DNA from: an uncultured virus (IMG/VR IMGVR_UViG_2791355164_000002)
Lineage: Duplodnaviria; Heunggongvirae; Uroviricota; Caudoviricetes
Length of the DNA stretch: 64,000 nt
Reading direction: 5' to 3' (one strand)
IMG/VR virus record: IMGVR_UViG_2791355164_000002
Below, piece after piece: positions 37,221 through 47,351 of the stretch. Every line of letters starts with the position of its first letter. Within the stretch, counting starts at the first letter, position 1. Below the pieces are notes generated by a model that saw nothing but the letters and a program-made list of their open reading frames with translations, did not search any database and was not told the origin of the DNA. The translations under genes and the position numbers were made by a program.

Positions 37221-37601
37221 ATGAAACTCACCCTCGAAAATCTTGAAAACCTCGGTGCGTTTACCGGAAGGCCGGTTGAACGTGAGATCGAATGGCAGCA
37301 GGGCAAAGACACCTTTCAGGCGACCGTGTTCATTCGTCCGATGGGGTATCAGGCTGCAACCTCTGACATCATGGCGATCGGCGGTAAAATCGACGGCATC
37401 GCCGGACGCATCGCGGCATCGGTCTGTGATGAAGAAGGAAAGCCGGTGTTCACGGTTGCTGACATTACCGGCGAAGCCAATCCCGATCGCGGGCCGCTTG
37501 ATGGCGCGTTGACTGTTGCACTGCTGGTGGCCATTCAGGAAGTGAATGATCTGGGGAAGGCTACCAGCTCACCGAAGAAGACGAATTCTGGTGTGAGCTA
37601 G
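37221..37601 (+). CDS. Tail assembly chaperone (G-like)
   Basis: GAFTGRPVE..IAGRIAASVCDEEGKPVFT; between tube and tape measure genes. Confidence 0.85.
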   Translation: MKLTLENLENLGAFTGRPVEREIEWQQGKDTFQATVFIRPMGYQAATSDIMAIGGKIDGIAGRIAASVCDEEGKPVFTVADITGEANPDRGPLDGALTVALLVAIQEVNDLGKATSSPKKTNSGVS

Positions 37602-37885
37602 TGCTGAACGGAATCGGCGGGAAAACCATTGCAGAGGCGAAAGAATCCCTGTCCCGCCCTGAATATCAACTTTGGGCGCTTTACCGACATAAATATGGCT
37701 CTCTGAATGCCGGTCTTCGAACGGAATGGTCAGGTGGTGTGGTGGCCTCGGTCATTGCGAACGCCCATCGCGATCCCGCAAAACCGCTCTTCCAGCCCAC
37801 CGATTTCACACAGCACTTCAGCGAACCAGAACCTGATGATGATGGACCCATTTCGCTTGAGGATGCCATGAATACTTGGCATTAG
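37553..37885 (+). CDS. T part of the G-T chaperone, in the -1 frame
   Basis: The -1 frame reads EEDEFWCELVLNGIGG upstream of GTG 37601; candidate shift site G GGG AAG at 37553. Confidence 0.75.
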   Translation, partial: GEGYQLTEEDEFWCELVLNGIGGKTIAEAKESLSRPEYQLWALYRHKYGSLNAGLRTEWSGGVVASVIANAHRDPAKPLFQPTDFTQHFSEPEPDDDGPISLEDAMNTWH

Positions 37886-37976
37886 TTAGGCTTCTAACTA
37901 TCGCTCTGATTGATAAGATTTGACGTTGCCCTTTATTAAAATCGTTTTGCTGTACTTTTTATAATAAAGAGGTTAC

Positions 37977-38429
37977 ATGAAACGATACAGATCCAAAGGC
38001 ATTGTCATTTTATTTATTAGCTTGTTTGTCACACTGCTTACACTTCACAACCTGATGAATCATGATCCTTTCTTTCAGAAAATTCGCGGATCTTATATTC
38101 TACTCGCGCTGGGATTTATTTTCTCCTTTTATGGCGCTTATCTGATTAACAAACGATCGACTTCTCGTTATGACGCGCTTGATCGGGCAAGGCTTTTAAA
38201 GAACGGGATAGGTTATATTGTAAATTATCAGGATGGTCCTCCTGCATTGAATTATGACATGATCCTTCTTCAGGCACTTCAGTTTATTCACAAAGACCCT
38301 AACAGATCGGCCTCTGAGCTATTTGAAATGAATTTTCATGAGATTGGGCCAATTTATGAGAACATGCCCCACTGGCTCGGCAAAGAGTATTTAAGAGAGC
38401 TGAAGAGGTGTCTTCGGTCTTACTTGTAA
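37977..38429 (+). CDS. Membrane moron protein (two N-terminal TM segments)
   Basis: AT-rich, GAGG RBS, terminator 38434-38457. Confidence 0.75.
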   Translation: MKRYRSKGIVILFISLFVTLLTLHNLMNHDPFFQKIRGSYILLALGFIFSFYGAYLINKRSTSRYDALDRARLLKNGIGYIVNYQDGPPALNYDMILLQALQFIHKDPNRSASELFEMNFHEIGPIYENMPHWLGKEYLRELKRCLRSYL

Positions 38430-38468
38430 AAACAAACCCGCTTCGGCGGGTTTTTTTATGGGGATATT

Positions 38469-40757
38469 ATGGCAACGCGATCCCTCGGTACGCTTACGAT
38501 AGACCTGATCGCCAAAGTCGGCGGGTTTATCAGCGGTATGAACCAATCTGAGCGCGCCGCCGATAAATGGCGACGTAACACCAAAGCCGCCGCCCTGGAG
38601 GTTGGCGCAGCGCTCGCAGGCGTTGCCGTCGCCGCTGGCAGTGCCGCAGCGGGTATCGGTTCAGCAACTCTGTCGCTCGTCAAGAATACCGCCGACCAGG
38701 TGACAGAAACCGATCGCTGGGCGAAATCACTGGGCATTTCCACTACAAATCTTCTTCAGTGGCAATATGCCGCCAAACAGGCAGGCATAGCAGGCGATCA
38801 GATTTCCGACATCTTCAAAGACATCAACGATAAAATCGGTGATGCCGTTCTGAACAAGTCCGGTGATGCCGCTCAGGCGCTCGATACCCTCGGGCTTTCT
38901 GCGCAGAAGCTGCAAAAACTCTCGCCTGATAAGATCCTCACGGAAATCGGGGACGCCTTAAACAAGTCGAATATTTCGACGGCAGGCAAAACCAATATCC
39001 TCGAAAGCTTGGTGAATGACGGTTCTCGCCTGTTGCCGCTGCTGGAGGATAACAACAAGCAGCTGAATAAATTTAAGGAAGACGCGAAAGATTACGGTCT
39101 GGCTCCGAGCGAAGACCAGATTCAGGGACTGGTGAAGGTGTCGAACTTCTTTCGCGATCTTGAAGGACAGGTTGACGGTCTTAAAACGCAGATTGCGGCG
39201 GGGCTGGCTCAGGTCGATTTGTCCCCGCTTCAACGCGGGCTGGATCAGCTGAGAAAAGTCTTCACCGATCCGACCGTGCTTCAGGGCTTAACGACGCTGG
39301 TTGGTGGTGTCGCGAGCCTGGTGGCGGATTTCGGAACCATTGCCGCCCGTGCTGCTCAGTTCACCTCGTTACTCTCTCAGGTGGGGGACCGGTTTAAAGC
39401 AGGAGGATATGCCGCCTATAACGCCCAGCAAAACTCCGGCTTGAATTCACTCGGACTGGGCAACATTCATCTTCCCACTCAGGCCGCAACGCGCACCTCA
39501 AATTATAAACTCAATACCGGCGAGACCAATCAGGCCAATCAGGCCGCGAAGCAGCTGGCGAGCACATACAATAACGCCACACTTCAATATCAGCGCATGA
39601 TCGCCACCATCAACACCAGCGCCCAGCGTGGTCAGCAGGTAACAGAACTTCAGAAGCTGAATTTCAATCTGCAAAGCGGCAACCTCAAAACGCTCAATGA
39701 CACCCAGAAAACCCGCCTTCGCGATCTGGCGACAGAAGTGGACCGCCTGAACGCCGTGAAAAAGGCGAATCAGGATAATCTGACGGTTCAGCAATACATG
39801 ACCAATCTTCAGAACCAGAACCTGAACGCCCGTGCCTCGAACAACGTCAACACGTCCGGGTTTGGTTTGAGCGATACCGAAAAGCAACGCCTTCAGGACA
39901 TCATCAGCATTCGCCAGGATTATCTTCAGCAACAACAGGATCTGGATAACCAACGCACACGCGGGGATATAGATGCCGATGTGTATACCCGTGAAACCGC
40001 CGCGCTTCAGAAAGCCCTTCAGACCCGGATCAGCGATCAGCAGGATTACTATAAAAAACTGGACCAACTTCAGGGCGACTGGCTCGATGGCGCATCGACC
40101 GGTTTTCAGAACTGGGTGGAACAAACCTCTGACATCTCCTCGACCGTTGAAGATGATGTGAGTTCGGCCATGTCTTCCGCGCTGGATAATGTGAATTCCG
40201 CCCTGGAAGGGAACACCGTGAGCTGGAAACAGTGGAGTGTGTCCGTTCTCCAGATGATCGAGAAAGTGGCCCTTCAGGCCGCCGCCTCGAATCTGTTCAG
40301 CGGATCAGGTGGGTTGTTCAGTTCCGCGATTTCCGGGATTTCGAGCTTCTTCGGTGGCGGAACCACGGCGAACGCGAAAGGGGGCATCTATGCCAGCGGC
40401 TTAAGCGCCTTCAGTAATTCTGTCGTCAGCTCGCCGACGATGTTCCGGTTCGCGAGTGGCGCTGGCCTGATGGGCGAAGATGGGCCTGAGGCGATTATTC
40501 CCCTTCAGCGCGCCGCAGATGGTTCGCTGGGTGTGAAAGCGAGCGGCCTGAATTCCGGCGTTCAGGCTCCGGCGGGTGGTGTTCAGGTCAACATCACGAT
40601 TTCTGACAGCGGATCGCAGTCCACCACGAACAGCGCAGACTGGCGTCAGTTCGGTAATGAGATCGGACGCTTCGTTGATGAACGCTATAAGCGCAATCTC
40701 GCGCGCGATTTGCGTGATGATGGCGATATTGGTCGTGTGGTTCGCGGAAAACGCTAG
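38469..40757 (+). CDS. Tail tape measure protein
   Basis: LGTLTIDLIAKVGGF start; helical; NAKGG...GLMGEDGPEAIIPL C-terminus. Confidence 0.93.
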   Translation: MATRSLGTLTIDLIAKVGGFISGMNQSERAADKWRRNTKAAALEVGAALAGVAVAAGSAAAGIGSATLSLVKNTADQVTETDRWAKSLGISTTNLLQWQYAAKQAGIAGDQISDIFKDINDKIGDAVLNKSGDAAQALDTLGLSAQKLQKLSPDKILTEIGDALNKSNISTAGKTNILESLVNDGSRLLPLLEDNNKQLNKFKEDAKDYGLAPSEDQIQGLVKVSNFFRDLEGQVDGLKTQIAAGLAQVDLSPLQRGLDQLRKVFTDPTVLQGLTTLVGGVASLVADFGTIAARAAQFTSLLSQVGDRFKAGGYAAYNAQQNSGLNSLGLGNIHLPTQAATRTSNYKLNTGETNQANQAAKQLASTYNNATLQYQRMIATINTSAQRGQQVTELQKLNFNLQSGNLKTLNDTQKTRLRDLATEVDRLNAVKKANQDNLTVQQYMTNLQNQNLNARASNNVNTSGFGLSDTEKQRLQDIISIRQDYLQQQQDLDNQRTRGDIDADVYTRETAALQKALQTRISDQQDYYKKLDQLQGDWLDGASTGFQNWVEQTSDISSTVEDDVSSAMSSALDNVNSALEGNTVSWKQWSVSVLQMIEKVALQAAASNLFSGSGGLFSSAISGISSFFGGGTTANAKGGIYASGLSAFSNSVVSSPTMFRFASGAGLMGEDGPEAIIPLQRAADGSLGVKASGLNSGVQAPAGGVQVNITISDSGSQSTTNSADWRQFGNEIGRFVDERYKRNLARDLRDDGDIGRVVRGKR

Positions 40758-40766
40758 GGCGGAGCT

Positions 40767-41105
40767 ATGGCTATCGACACTTTTACCTGGTGCGCACGCA
40801 TTAACGCATCGGGTGACATGACGTTTAATGTTCGATCTGTCCAGTTCGGTGACGGTTATACCCAGGTTGCCGGAAACGGCATCAATACCCGCAGCCAGAA
40901 CTGGAACCTGACCTTTACAGGCACAGAATCTTTTATTGGCGAAATTAAAGATTTTCTCGACGATCATCAGGGCTATCGCGCCTTCGCCTGGCAACCTCCT
41001 GGCGAAGATCTGGGTCTCTATCGCTGTTCCTCTTATAACCCCACCGCGCTCGGTGCGGGTCTCTTTGAAATGACCACCACCTTCGTTCAGGCCTATGCCC
41101 CATGA
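40767..41105 (+). CDS. Minor tail protein M
   Basis: QFGDGYTQ...GIN, FLDDHQG..AFAWQPP. Confidence 0.92.
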   Translation: MAIDTFTWCARINASGDMTFNVRSVQFGDGYTQVAGNGINTRSQNWNLTFTGTESFIGEIKDFLDDHQGYRAFAWQPPGEDLGLYRCSSYNPTALGAGLFEMTTTFVQAYAP

Positions 41106-41857
41106 GCTTAACCAGTGACTATCAGAAACTTGAACCCGGATCTGAAATCCGACTTTACGAAGTTGACGGTTCCGCGTTTGGCGTGGATGAAGTGCTTCGT
41201 TTCCATGCCCATAACATCGCACACACCGAAGCCGAAATTCTGGCAGCAGGTGGCGATGAAACGAAATTACCCGCTAAATCGATATTCTGGCAAGGTCAGG
41301 AATATTCCGCATGGCCCTGTAAAATCGAAGGCCTGGAGGTATCGACAACCGGGAGCGCACCGAGTCCACGGCTAACGGTTGCGAACCTGAATGGATCGAT
41401 TACCGCGCTCTGTTTGCAGTTTCAGGACATGCTTCAGGCGAAGGTGTCGATTCATGACACGCTCGCGACCTATCTCGATGCGGCCAATTTCCCGGACGGC
41501 AATGCGAACGCCGATCCGACGCAAGAAAAACTTCGGGTGTTCTACATCGACTCGAAATCGAGTGAAACCAAAGTACAGGTAGAATTTCAGCTGTCGAGTC
41601 CGATGGACCTTCAGGGGCTGCAAATTCCGACCCGGCAGCTTCATGCGGTGTGTACATGGTGCATGAGAGGGAAATACCGATCCGGTGATGGTTGTGATTA
41701 TGCCGGGACCAATTATTTCGACAAATTCAATAATCCTGTCTCTGATCCGAGCCTCGACACCTGCTCGGGAACCATTACCGGCTGTAAATTGCGTTTCGGA
41801 CAAGATAACCCCTTATCGTTCGGGGGGTTCCCCGGCACGTCGCTATTAAGAACCTGA
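41102..41857 (+). CDS. Minor tail protein L
   Basis: CTW..YRSGDGCDY, DTC..CKLRFG..FGGFPG. Confidence 0.93.
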   Translation: MSLTSDYQKLEPGSEIRLYEVDGSAFGVDEVLRFHAHNIAHTEAEILAAGGDETKLPAKSIFWQGQEYSAWPCKIEGLEVSTTGSAPSPRLTVANLNGSITALCLQFQDMLQAKVSIHDTLATYLDAANFPDGNANADPTQEKLRVFYIDSKSSETKVQVEFQLSSPMDLQGLQIPTRQLHAVCTWCMRGKYRSGDGCDYAGTNYFDKFNNPVSDPSLDTCSGTITGCKLRFGQDNPLSFGGFPGTSLLRT

Positions 41858-41926
41858 TCGCTCAGTTTGTGCAGCTTATTTATTCGCCTTTCTTATTATC
41901 AAATCATCTTCTGGAGTGAGGTGTTC

Positions 41927-42811
41927 ATGTTAGCTCAGTTAAACGATGCCACATTGTTCTTTGATGTTGTCGATACCGAATTTGAAAACATGGATGATCC
42001 GTCTACGAATAAGCCAGTGATGCTCGCACTGTCAGGCGGCTATGGTTATGGCCATGCTTATTTGCGTCCGTCACTGGATAACCTCTCCTCCGATTATCAG
42101 ATTATTTACGCCGATATGCGCGGTCAGGGCCGTTCATCTGATGTGCCAATGTCGACGATTCAGTTCGACACGATGGCGGATGATGTGGCCGCACTGATTA
42201 CTTATCTCGGTCTGGAATCGGTGTTTGTCTTTGGTCACGCCTCAGGGAGCTTCATCGCCCAGAAACTCGCGATCCGTCATCCGGGAAAAGTGAAGGGTCT
42301 GATTCTGGTCTCAAGCTCGATGGGGATGACGGTTCTTCCTGGCAAGGATGAAGAGGGTTATCCGACCCCATTCCTGAAAGATCGTGTTCAGGGTGAGTTG
42401 CTCGATGTTGCCCATAATTTTTTCTTTAATCCGAATCCGCTCAGCGAAGCAACCTTTGTCGATTATGCAACGCGCGTCGGGCCGTATTATATGGCTCCGA
42501 AAAATATGGATCGCTTCGATTCCATCTGGATGAATGTTCATTACAAGATGAACATGGTGAATCATTTTCGGAGTCTGAATCCTTTCTTTACGTCGCTCGG
42601 GAAAATCAGCCTGGTGAAAACGCCTGCGTTGATTATGTCAGGCTTCCATGACTGGGCGACGCCTTCTGTTGGTTCCCATATGCTCGCAAAAAAAATGCAA
42701 CATTGCGATTTTGTCGTATTTAACGACTCTGGGCATTTTCTTTTTATTGAGGAACCCGATCGTTTTTACGATCAGGTAAAAGGATTCATTAATAAGAATA
42801 TTCAAGTGTAG
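41927..42811 (+). CDS. Alpha/beta hydrolase 1, nucleophile elbow GHASG (Ala)
   Basis: DMRGQGRS, GHASG, GFHDW, DSGHF; proline iminopeptidase-like layout. Confidence 0.88.
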   Translation: MLAQLNDATLFFDVVDTEFENMDDPSTNKPVMLALSGGYGYGHAYLRPSLDNLSSDYQIIYADMRGQGRSSDVPMSTIQFDTMADDVAALITYLGLESVFVFGHASGSFIAQKLAIRHPGKVKGLILVSSSMGMTVLPGKDEEGYPTPFLKDRVQGELLDVAHNFFFNPNPLSEATFVDYATRVGPYYMAPKNMDRFDSIWMNVHYKMNMVNHFRSLNPFFTSLGKISLVKTPALIMSGFHDWATPSVGSHMLAKKMQHCDFVVFNDSGHFLFIEEPDRFYDQVKGFINKNIQV

Positions 42812-42886
42812 TGATGGTGTCGTTGTAAAACCCTGTCAAAGGGATTTGATTCTTACCTCTGGCCTTTAACTTTAAGAGAGGTTTTT

Positions 42887-43780
42887 ATGTTTGCAAATGT
42901 GAATGGTAAAAAGATTTTTTTTGATGTTGTTGGAGAAGGCCTGAATGCTCAGACCTCCAAATTAAAACCTCGCGCCACCTTTATTGTGATTCACTGCGCT
43001 TCCGGTTTTGATCACGGTTATCTCCGTAATACGATGGATCCGCTGAGCCTGCTGGGGCAGGTGATTTATCTGGATTTGCCGGGTTCGGGCCGAACTGACG
43101 TCACTGATGTTCGCAAAATCACCTTCGAATCGATGGCGGATGATGTGGCGGGCCTTATCGATTATCTCGGTCTCGGGAAAGTCTATATTGTCGGACACTG
43201 CGCAGGCGGATTCGTGGCGCTGCATTTTGCCCTGCGTCACTATGATCGCCTGAAAGCGTTGGTGCTGGTCAATACTGCACCCAGTGTTCACAAGGTTCAT
43301 GATCAGGTCGCACCGAATCCCATGCTGTCTGAACGTGCCTGCGAAAAAGTGGTGGAAACCTGCCTTCGGGTTTATGCGCCAGGTGTCGTGACGGAAGAGA
43401 CGTTAACGCGCGGGCTGGTGGATGAAATGCTGAAGACGGTCGGTCCGTTCTTTTTTGCGGATCAGTTTATGGATCTTTACGACGGTGTTTTTGGTTACAC
43501 AGGAATGAACGTGGCCATGCTGGATCACTTTGTCACCGAGCTTTATCCCGCTTACGATTTACGTAATGAGCTGGATAAGATTTCCGCACCGACGCTGATC
43601 GTTGCCGGTGCTCATGACTGGCTGACGCCACCCAGCGGTTCGCGCCTGATGTACAGTAAGATCCCCGGTTCCGTTTATGTCGAATTCCCGGACTCCTGCC
43701 ATCTGAGTTTCGCTGAAAAGCCGATCGATTTCTTTGAGAAAGTGAAAGATTTTTTCCTTGAGCAAATGACAAAGGACTGA
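42887..43780 (+). CDS. Alpha/beta hydrolase 2, elbow GHCAG (Cys)
   Basis: DLPGSGRT, GHCAGG, GAHDW, DSCHL. Confidence 0.88.
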   Translation: MFANVNGKKIFFDVVGEGLNAQTSKLKPRATFIVIHCASGFDHGYLRNTMDPLSLLGQVIYLDLPGSGRTDVTDVRKITFESMADDVAGLIDYLGLGKVYIVGHCAGGFVALHFALRHYDRLKALVLVNTAPSVHKVHDQVAPNPMLSERACEKVVETCLRVYAPGVVTEETLTRGLVDEMLKTVGPFFFADQFMDLYDGVFGYTGMNVAMLDHFVTELYPAYDLRNELDKISAPTLIVAGAHDWLTPPSGSRLMYSKIPGSVYVEFPDSCHLSFAEKPIDFFEKVKDFFLEQMTKD

Positions 43781-43784
43781 GCCT

Positions 43785-44684
43785 ATGTTTGCAAAAATTA
43801 ACGACATGAGCATTTTCTTCGATGTGGTGGGTGAAAAGCTCGATGCGGTTACATCACAACTCAAGGAAAAACCCACGGTTGTCGTGGTGCATGGTGGTCT
43901 GGGGTTTGATCATGGCTATCTTCGTCCGGGCCTTGATCCGCTTGCGCTTCCCTTTAATCTCATTTACTGGGATATGCGGGGACAGGGCCGATCTTCTGAT
44001 GTGCCTCTTGAGTCGATCACCCTCGAAAATTGTGCTGATGATGCCAAAGCACTTTGTGATTATCTCGGGATCAAGAAAGCGTTTTTCCTGGGCCATTCGG
44101 CTGGCGGTTTTGTCTCGCTGATGGTGGCGCTTCGCCATCCTGATTTGGTTGAAGGTCTGGTGTTGTGTAATACCAGCGCGGGCCATCAGTTTACGCCAGG
44201 CGAAAAGGAATCCCAGAAAACGCCGACGCTGGTTAAACGCGCGCCGCAAGAGGTGGTGTCCATTGCGACGAAGCTCTTTATGCCTGCCAGCCTTGAAGAG
44301 ATGATGGACAAAAAGCGCATTGAAGTTCATCGCAAGTTCCTGAATCAGGTCGGCCCTTACTATCTCGCGCCGGGTAATGAAAACATGTTTTTGCCCGTGA
44401 TCCGCTACAGTGTTCCGACGACCCGAGTGATGGATCACTTTGTGGCGAATATCATTCCGAATTACGATCTGAGTGATGAGATTCAGAAGATAACCGTTCC
44501 CACCCTGATTATTTCAGGTGAGCATGACTGGGTATGTCCACCGATCTCAGGCCGTTTTATTGCGAACAAGATCGTCAATTCATTATTCGTTCTGTTTAAC
44601 AATAGCGGGCATATGCCCTTTATTGAGGAACCCGAACGGTTTGACGACCTGGTGGTCGAATTTATCCGAAATCATTCCGAATAA
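43785..44684 (+). CDS. Alpha/beta hydrolase 3, canonical elbow GHSAG (Ser)
   Basis: HGG oxyanion motif, DMRGQGRS, GHSAGG, GEHDW, NSGHMPFIEEP. Confidence 0.92.
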   Translation: MFAKINDMSIFFDVVGEKLDAVTSQLKEKPTVVVVHGGLGFDHGYLRPGLDPLALPFNLIYWDMRGQGRSSDVPLESITLENCADDAKALCDYLGIKKAFFLGHSAGGFVSLMVALRHPDLVEGLVLCNTSAGHQFTPGEKESQKTPTLVKRAPQEVVSIATKLFMPASLEEMMDKKRIEVHRKFLNQVGPYYLAPGNENMFLPVIRYSVPTTRVMDHFVANIIPNYDLSDEIQKITVPTLIISGEHDWVCPPISGRFIANKIVNSLFVLFNNSGHMPFIEEPERFDDLVVEFIRNHSE

Positions 44685-44875
44685 GACCCAACCCGCGAAA
44701 GCGGGTTTTTTTTCCCTCAAAAACCTCATCGAATACCTAAGTTATTTTCGCTCAGAATGAGATTTCCTAAACATTGATTTAAAGATAATCAGTTGACGGT
44801 TTTGAGATCTTGAAAACCGCTCTGTTCTTTAAAGTGTTGAAAATAAATTCTAATTTTGAGGTTTTTGGAGATTTC

Positions 44876-46843
44876 ATGAAAAGTGGTTTTAAGAAGTCTT
44901 TCATCACGGGAAGCATTCTGTCGGCACTCTCGATGCCGGTGTTCGCGCAACATTTTTCCTCGATGACCGTATTTGGTGACAGTCTGAGTGATAGCGGTAA
45001 CGTGGGGCGCTTTACTGTGGATGGCGATAAAAATGCCCTTTATGATGATCATCTGGCATCTCATTATGGCTTAACGCTTAAGCCTTCTTCACAAGGCGGA
45101 AATAACTTTGCCCAGGCAAACGCGGATGCGTTACCGGGACTGAACCCCGAGAACGTCAATACTCAGGATCAGGTCGCTAACTACCTCGCATCCACGGGCG
45201 GCAAAGCGGATCCGCATGGCGTTTATATCCACTGGATAGGCTCTAACGATGTCGCCAATGCCCCTGAAAATCCCGCCACTGCTACGCAGACCATCACCAA
45301 CAGCGCGAACGCCGCCGTGAGTCAGGTTAAAGAACTTCTCGATGCCGGTGCGGGAACAGTCATTGTCCCGAATGTTCCCCATCTGGGCAATACGCCCTTT
45401 GTGGCGGAAACGGTCGCCTCGTCGCTCGGTCCTCAGGCGGTTGCAGCCGTTTATCAGGCGCTGAACAGTGTGAAGACACCCGACCTTGCGTCGCGCGAAG
45501 CCGCCGTTCATGCGGCGTTTGTGAAGTTGGCTAGCGCTTCATCCTCTGATCCCACTCAGCAGCAAACAATCGCGGATAAGCTGTTTTCCAGCTGGAAGGC
45601 GCTTGATGGTGAGGTGAACCAGCTGGCGGATTCTTACAATCAGCAGGAAGATGCGGGTCTCTCTCAACTTCACGGGAACATCGTGCGGGCGGATATGGCC
45701 GGTTTGTTCGATGACATCATTGCCGATCCGGCGAAATTCGGTCTGACGAATACGGTCGGGACTGCTTGTCCGACCGGAACCGCTGCCAACGAATGCCATT
45801 CTGATCAGCCAGGCTTCAACAAAGATGAAAACTATCTGTTTGCGGACCGCTTTCATCCCACGCCTGCTGTTCACGCCATCATCGCGGATTATATTCAGTC
45901 TATCCTGAACGCCCCTCAACAGGTCGGCGCGCTCTCTGTTGCCCCTCAGGCGTTGATAGGAGACACCCAGAGTTCACTGGACGGGAACCTTCAGCAGCTG
46001 CGCGAGAACGGTCCTAAAGGTGATTTCACCTCATTCTTTGGCTATGCCGGTCAGCATATCAACGACACCGACGATAATTCGAGTAATGGCAATGCCAATA
46101 CCTCGAACTTCACGTTCGGCTTTGGTTATAACGTCCTTCCAAACTGGCAAGTCGGTTTGCTTTATGCCACCAGCGACAACCGGGAACATCCGACAGGTGA
46201 TTTTAATTATAAGCTTCGCGGTAATATGTTCGGGGTTTATAGCCAACTTCGTCTGTTTAACCGGGGCTGGATCAGTGGCGATTTGCATTATGCCGATCTG
46301 GACTTTGACAGCATTCACCGTTCCTTCAATCTGGGTTCCTATCGGAAGACGGAAGACGGCAGCGCGAGCGGCAAGGATTTAGGGTTTCGCGTTCTTACTG
46401 GCTGGGATTTCCCGATTACAGACACTGTTTCAACGAGTCCCGTTCTCGGTTATTCACTGGATTATGTTCATGTTGGCGGGTACAGCGAAGAAGGTAACAG
46501 TGAATCGGCGATGCGTTTCGGTGCGCAGGATGCACATACCCAGACCGGATCCATTGGCTGGCGCATCGACACCAAAAACTTACCGGTGAACCCGTTTGCA
46601 CAGGTGAAGTATAACCATGCATGGGGCGACACGAATTCAGACGTCCGCGCCGGGATCAAATCCACCCAAACCGCTTTTGAAACGTCGGTCTCTGAGCGAG
46701 ATAAAAACTGGGTTGATTTCACCGTGGGTGCGAACATGCCGCTCGGTCAGGTCATTAACGCTTATGCCGCTGTCTCGACCACGGCCAGCAACAGCAAAGC
46801 CGATAACATTGGCTGGAATGTTGGCCTGAGCGCCACTTTTTAA
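44876..46843 (+). CDS. GDSL esterase autotransporter (ApeE/EstA-like)
   Basis: Signal peptide, FGDSLSDSG, WIGSND, FADRFHPT, beta-barrel ending in F. Confidence 0.93.
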   Translation: MKSGFKKSFITGSILSALSMPVFAQHFSSMTVFGDSLSDSGNVGRFTVDGDKNALYDDHLASHYGLTLKPSSQGGNNFAQANADALPGLNPENVNTQDQVANYLASTGGKADPHGVYIHWIGSNDVANAPENPATATQTITNSANAAVSQVKELLDAGAGTVIVPNVPHLGNTPFVAETVASSLGPQAVAAVYQALNSVKTPDLASREAAVHAAFVKLASASSSDPTQQQTIADKLFSSWKALDGEVNQLADSYNQQEDAGLSQLHGNIVRADMAGLFDDIIADPAKFGLTNTVGTACPTGTAANECHSDQPGFNKDENYLFADRFHPTPAVHAIIADYIQSILNAPQQVGALSVAPQALIGDTQSSLDGNLQQLRENGPKGDFTSFFGYAGQHINDTDDNSSNGNANTSNFTFGFGYNVLPNWQVGLLYATSDNREHPTGDFNYKLRGNMFGVYSQLRLFNRGWISGDLHYADLDFDSIHRSFNLGSYRKTEDGSASGKDLGFRVLTGWDFPITDTVSTSPVLGYSLDYVHVGGYSEEGNSESAMRFGAQDAHTQTGSIGWRIDTKNLPVNPFAQVKYNHAWGDTNSDVRAGIKSTQTAFETSVSERDKNWVDFTVGANMPLGQVINAYAAVSTTASNSKADNIGWNVGLSATF

Positions 46844-46852
46844 GGGGGTCTT

Positions 46853-47311
46853 ATGATGGAATTTGAATGGATTATTTCACCCGCCGGAGACATTCATTAT
46901 GATGTGGCGCTCAGCTATATTCAGAATCCGCTCCTGCGAAAAGCGCTGAAAGATCGGGAAAACCATTTCAAAAATCAACTTTGCTTTGCCTTAATTTATC
47001 TTTCACTCTATTACGAGAACTATTTCTATTATCACTATTATGATGAGTTTGTTCGGGTCCAGTCTCTGGGAGACATAACGGGCTGGCAGAAAAAAGAGAT
47101 CCCACCTAAATCCGTTTCTCAGGCGCGAATGAATTTCTACGGACCAGCCTTTCATCAGGAAATTCTCGTTTATCTTGATTCGAACGAGCGGGGCTTTCTG
47201 AATGCCCTTGACAGATCGGTGATTGAGTATGTCGCCGCTAAAGATCTGGTCACGTTCAAACACATCGATTTGCCCGAACATTCTCCAATACTGACCGAAA
47301 TTTATGGTTAA
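46853..47311 (+). CDS. Hypothetical protein (Tyr-rich segment)
   Basis: 152 aa, 9 bp after the esterase; followed by terminator 47316-47339. Confidence 0.7.
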   Translation: MMEFEWIISPAGDIHYDVALSYIQNPLLRKALKDRENHFKNQLCFALIYLSLYYENYFYYHYYDEFVRVQSLGDITGWQKKEIPPKSVSQARMNFYGPAFHQEILVYLDSNERGFLNALDRSVIEYVAAKDLVTFKHIDLPEHSPILTEIYG

Positions 47312-47351
47312 GCCGAACCCCGCGAAAGCGGGGTTTTTTATGGGCGGTATC

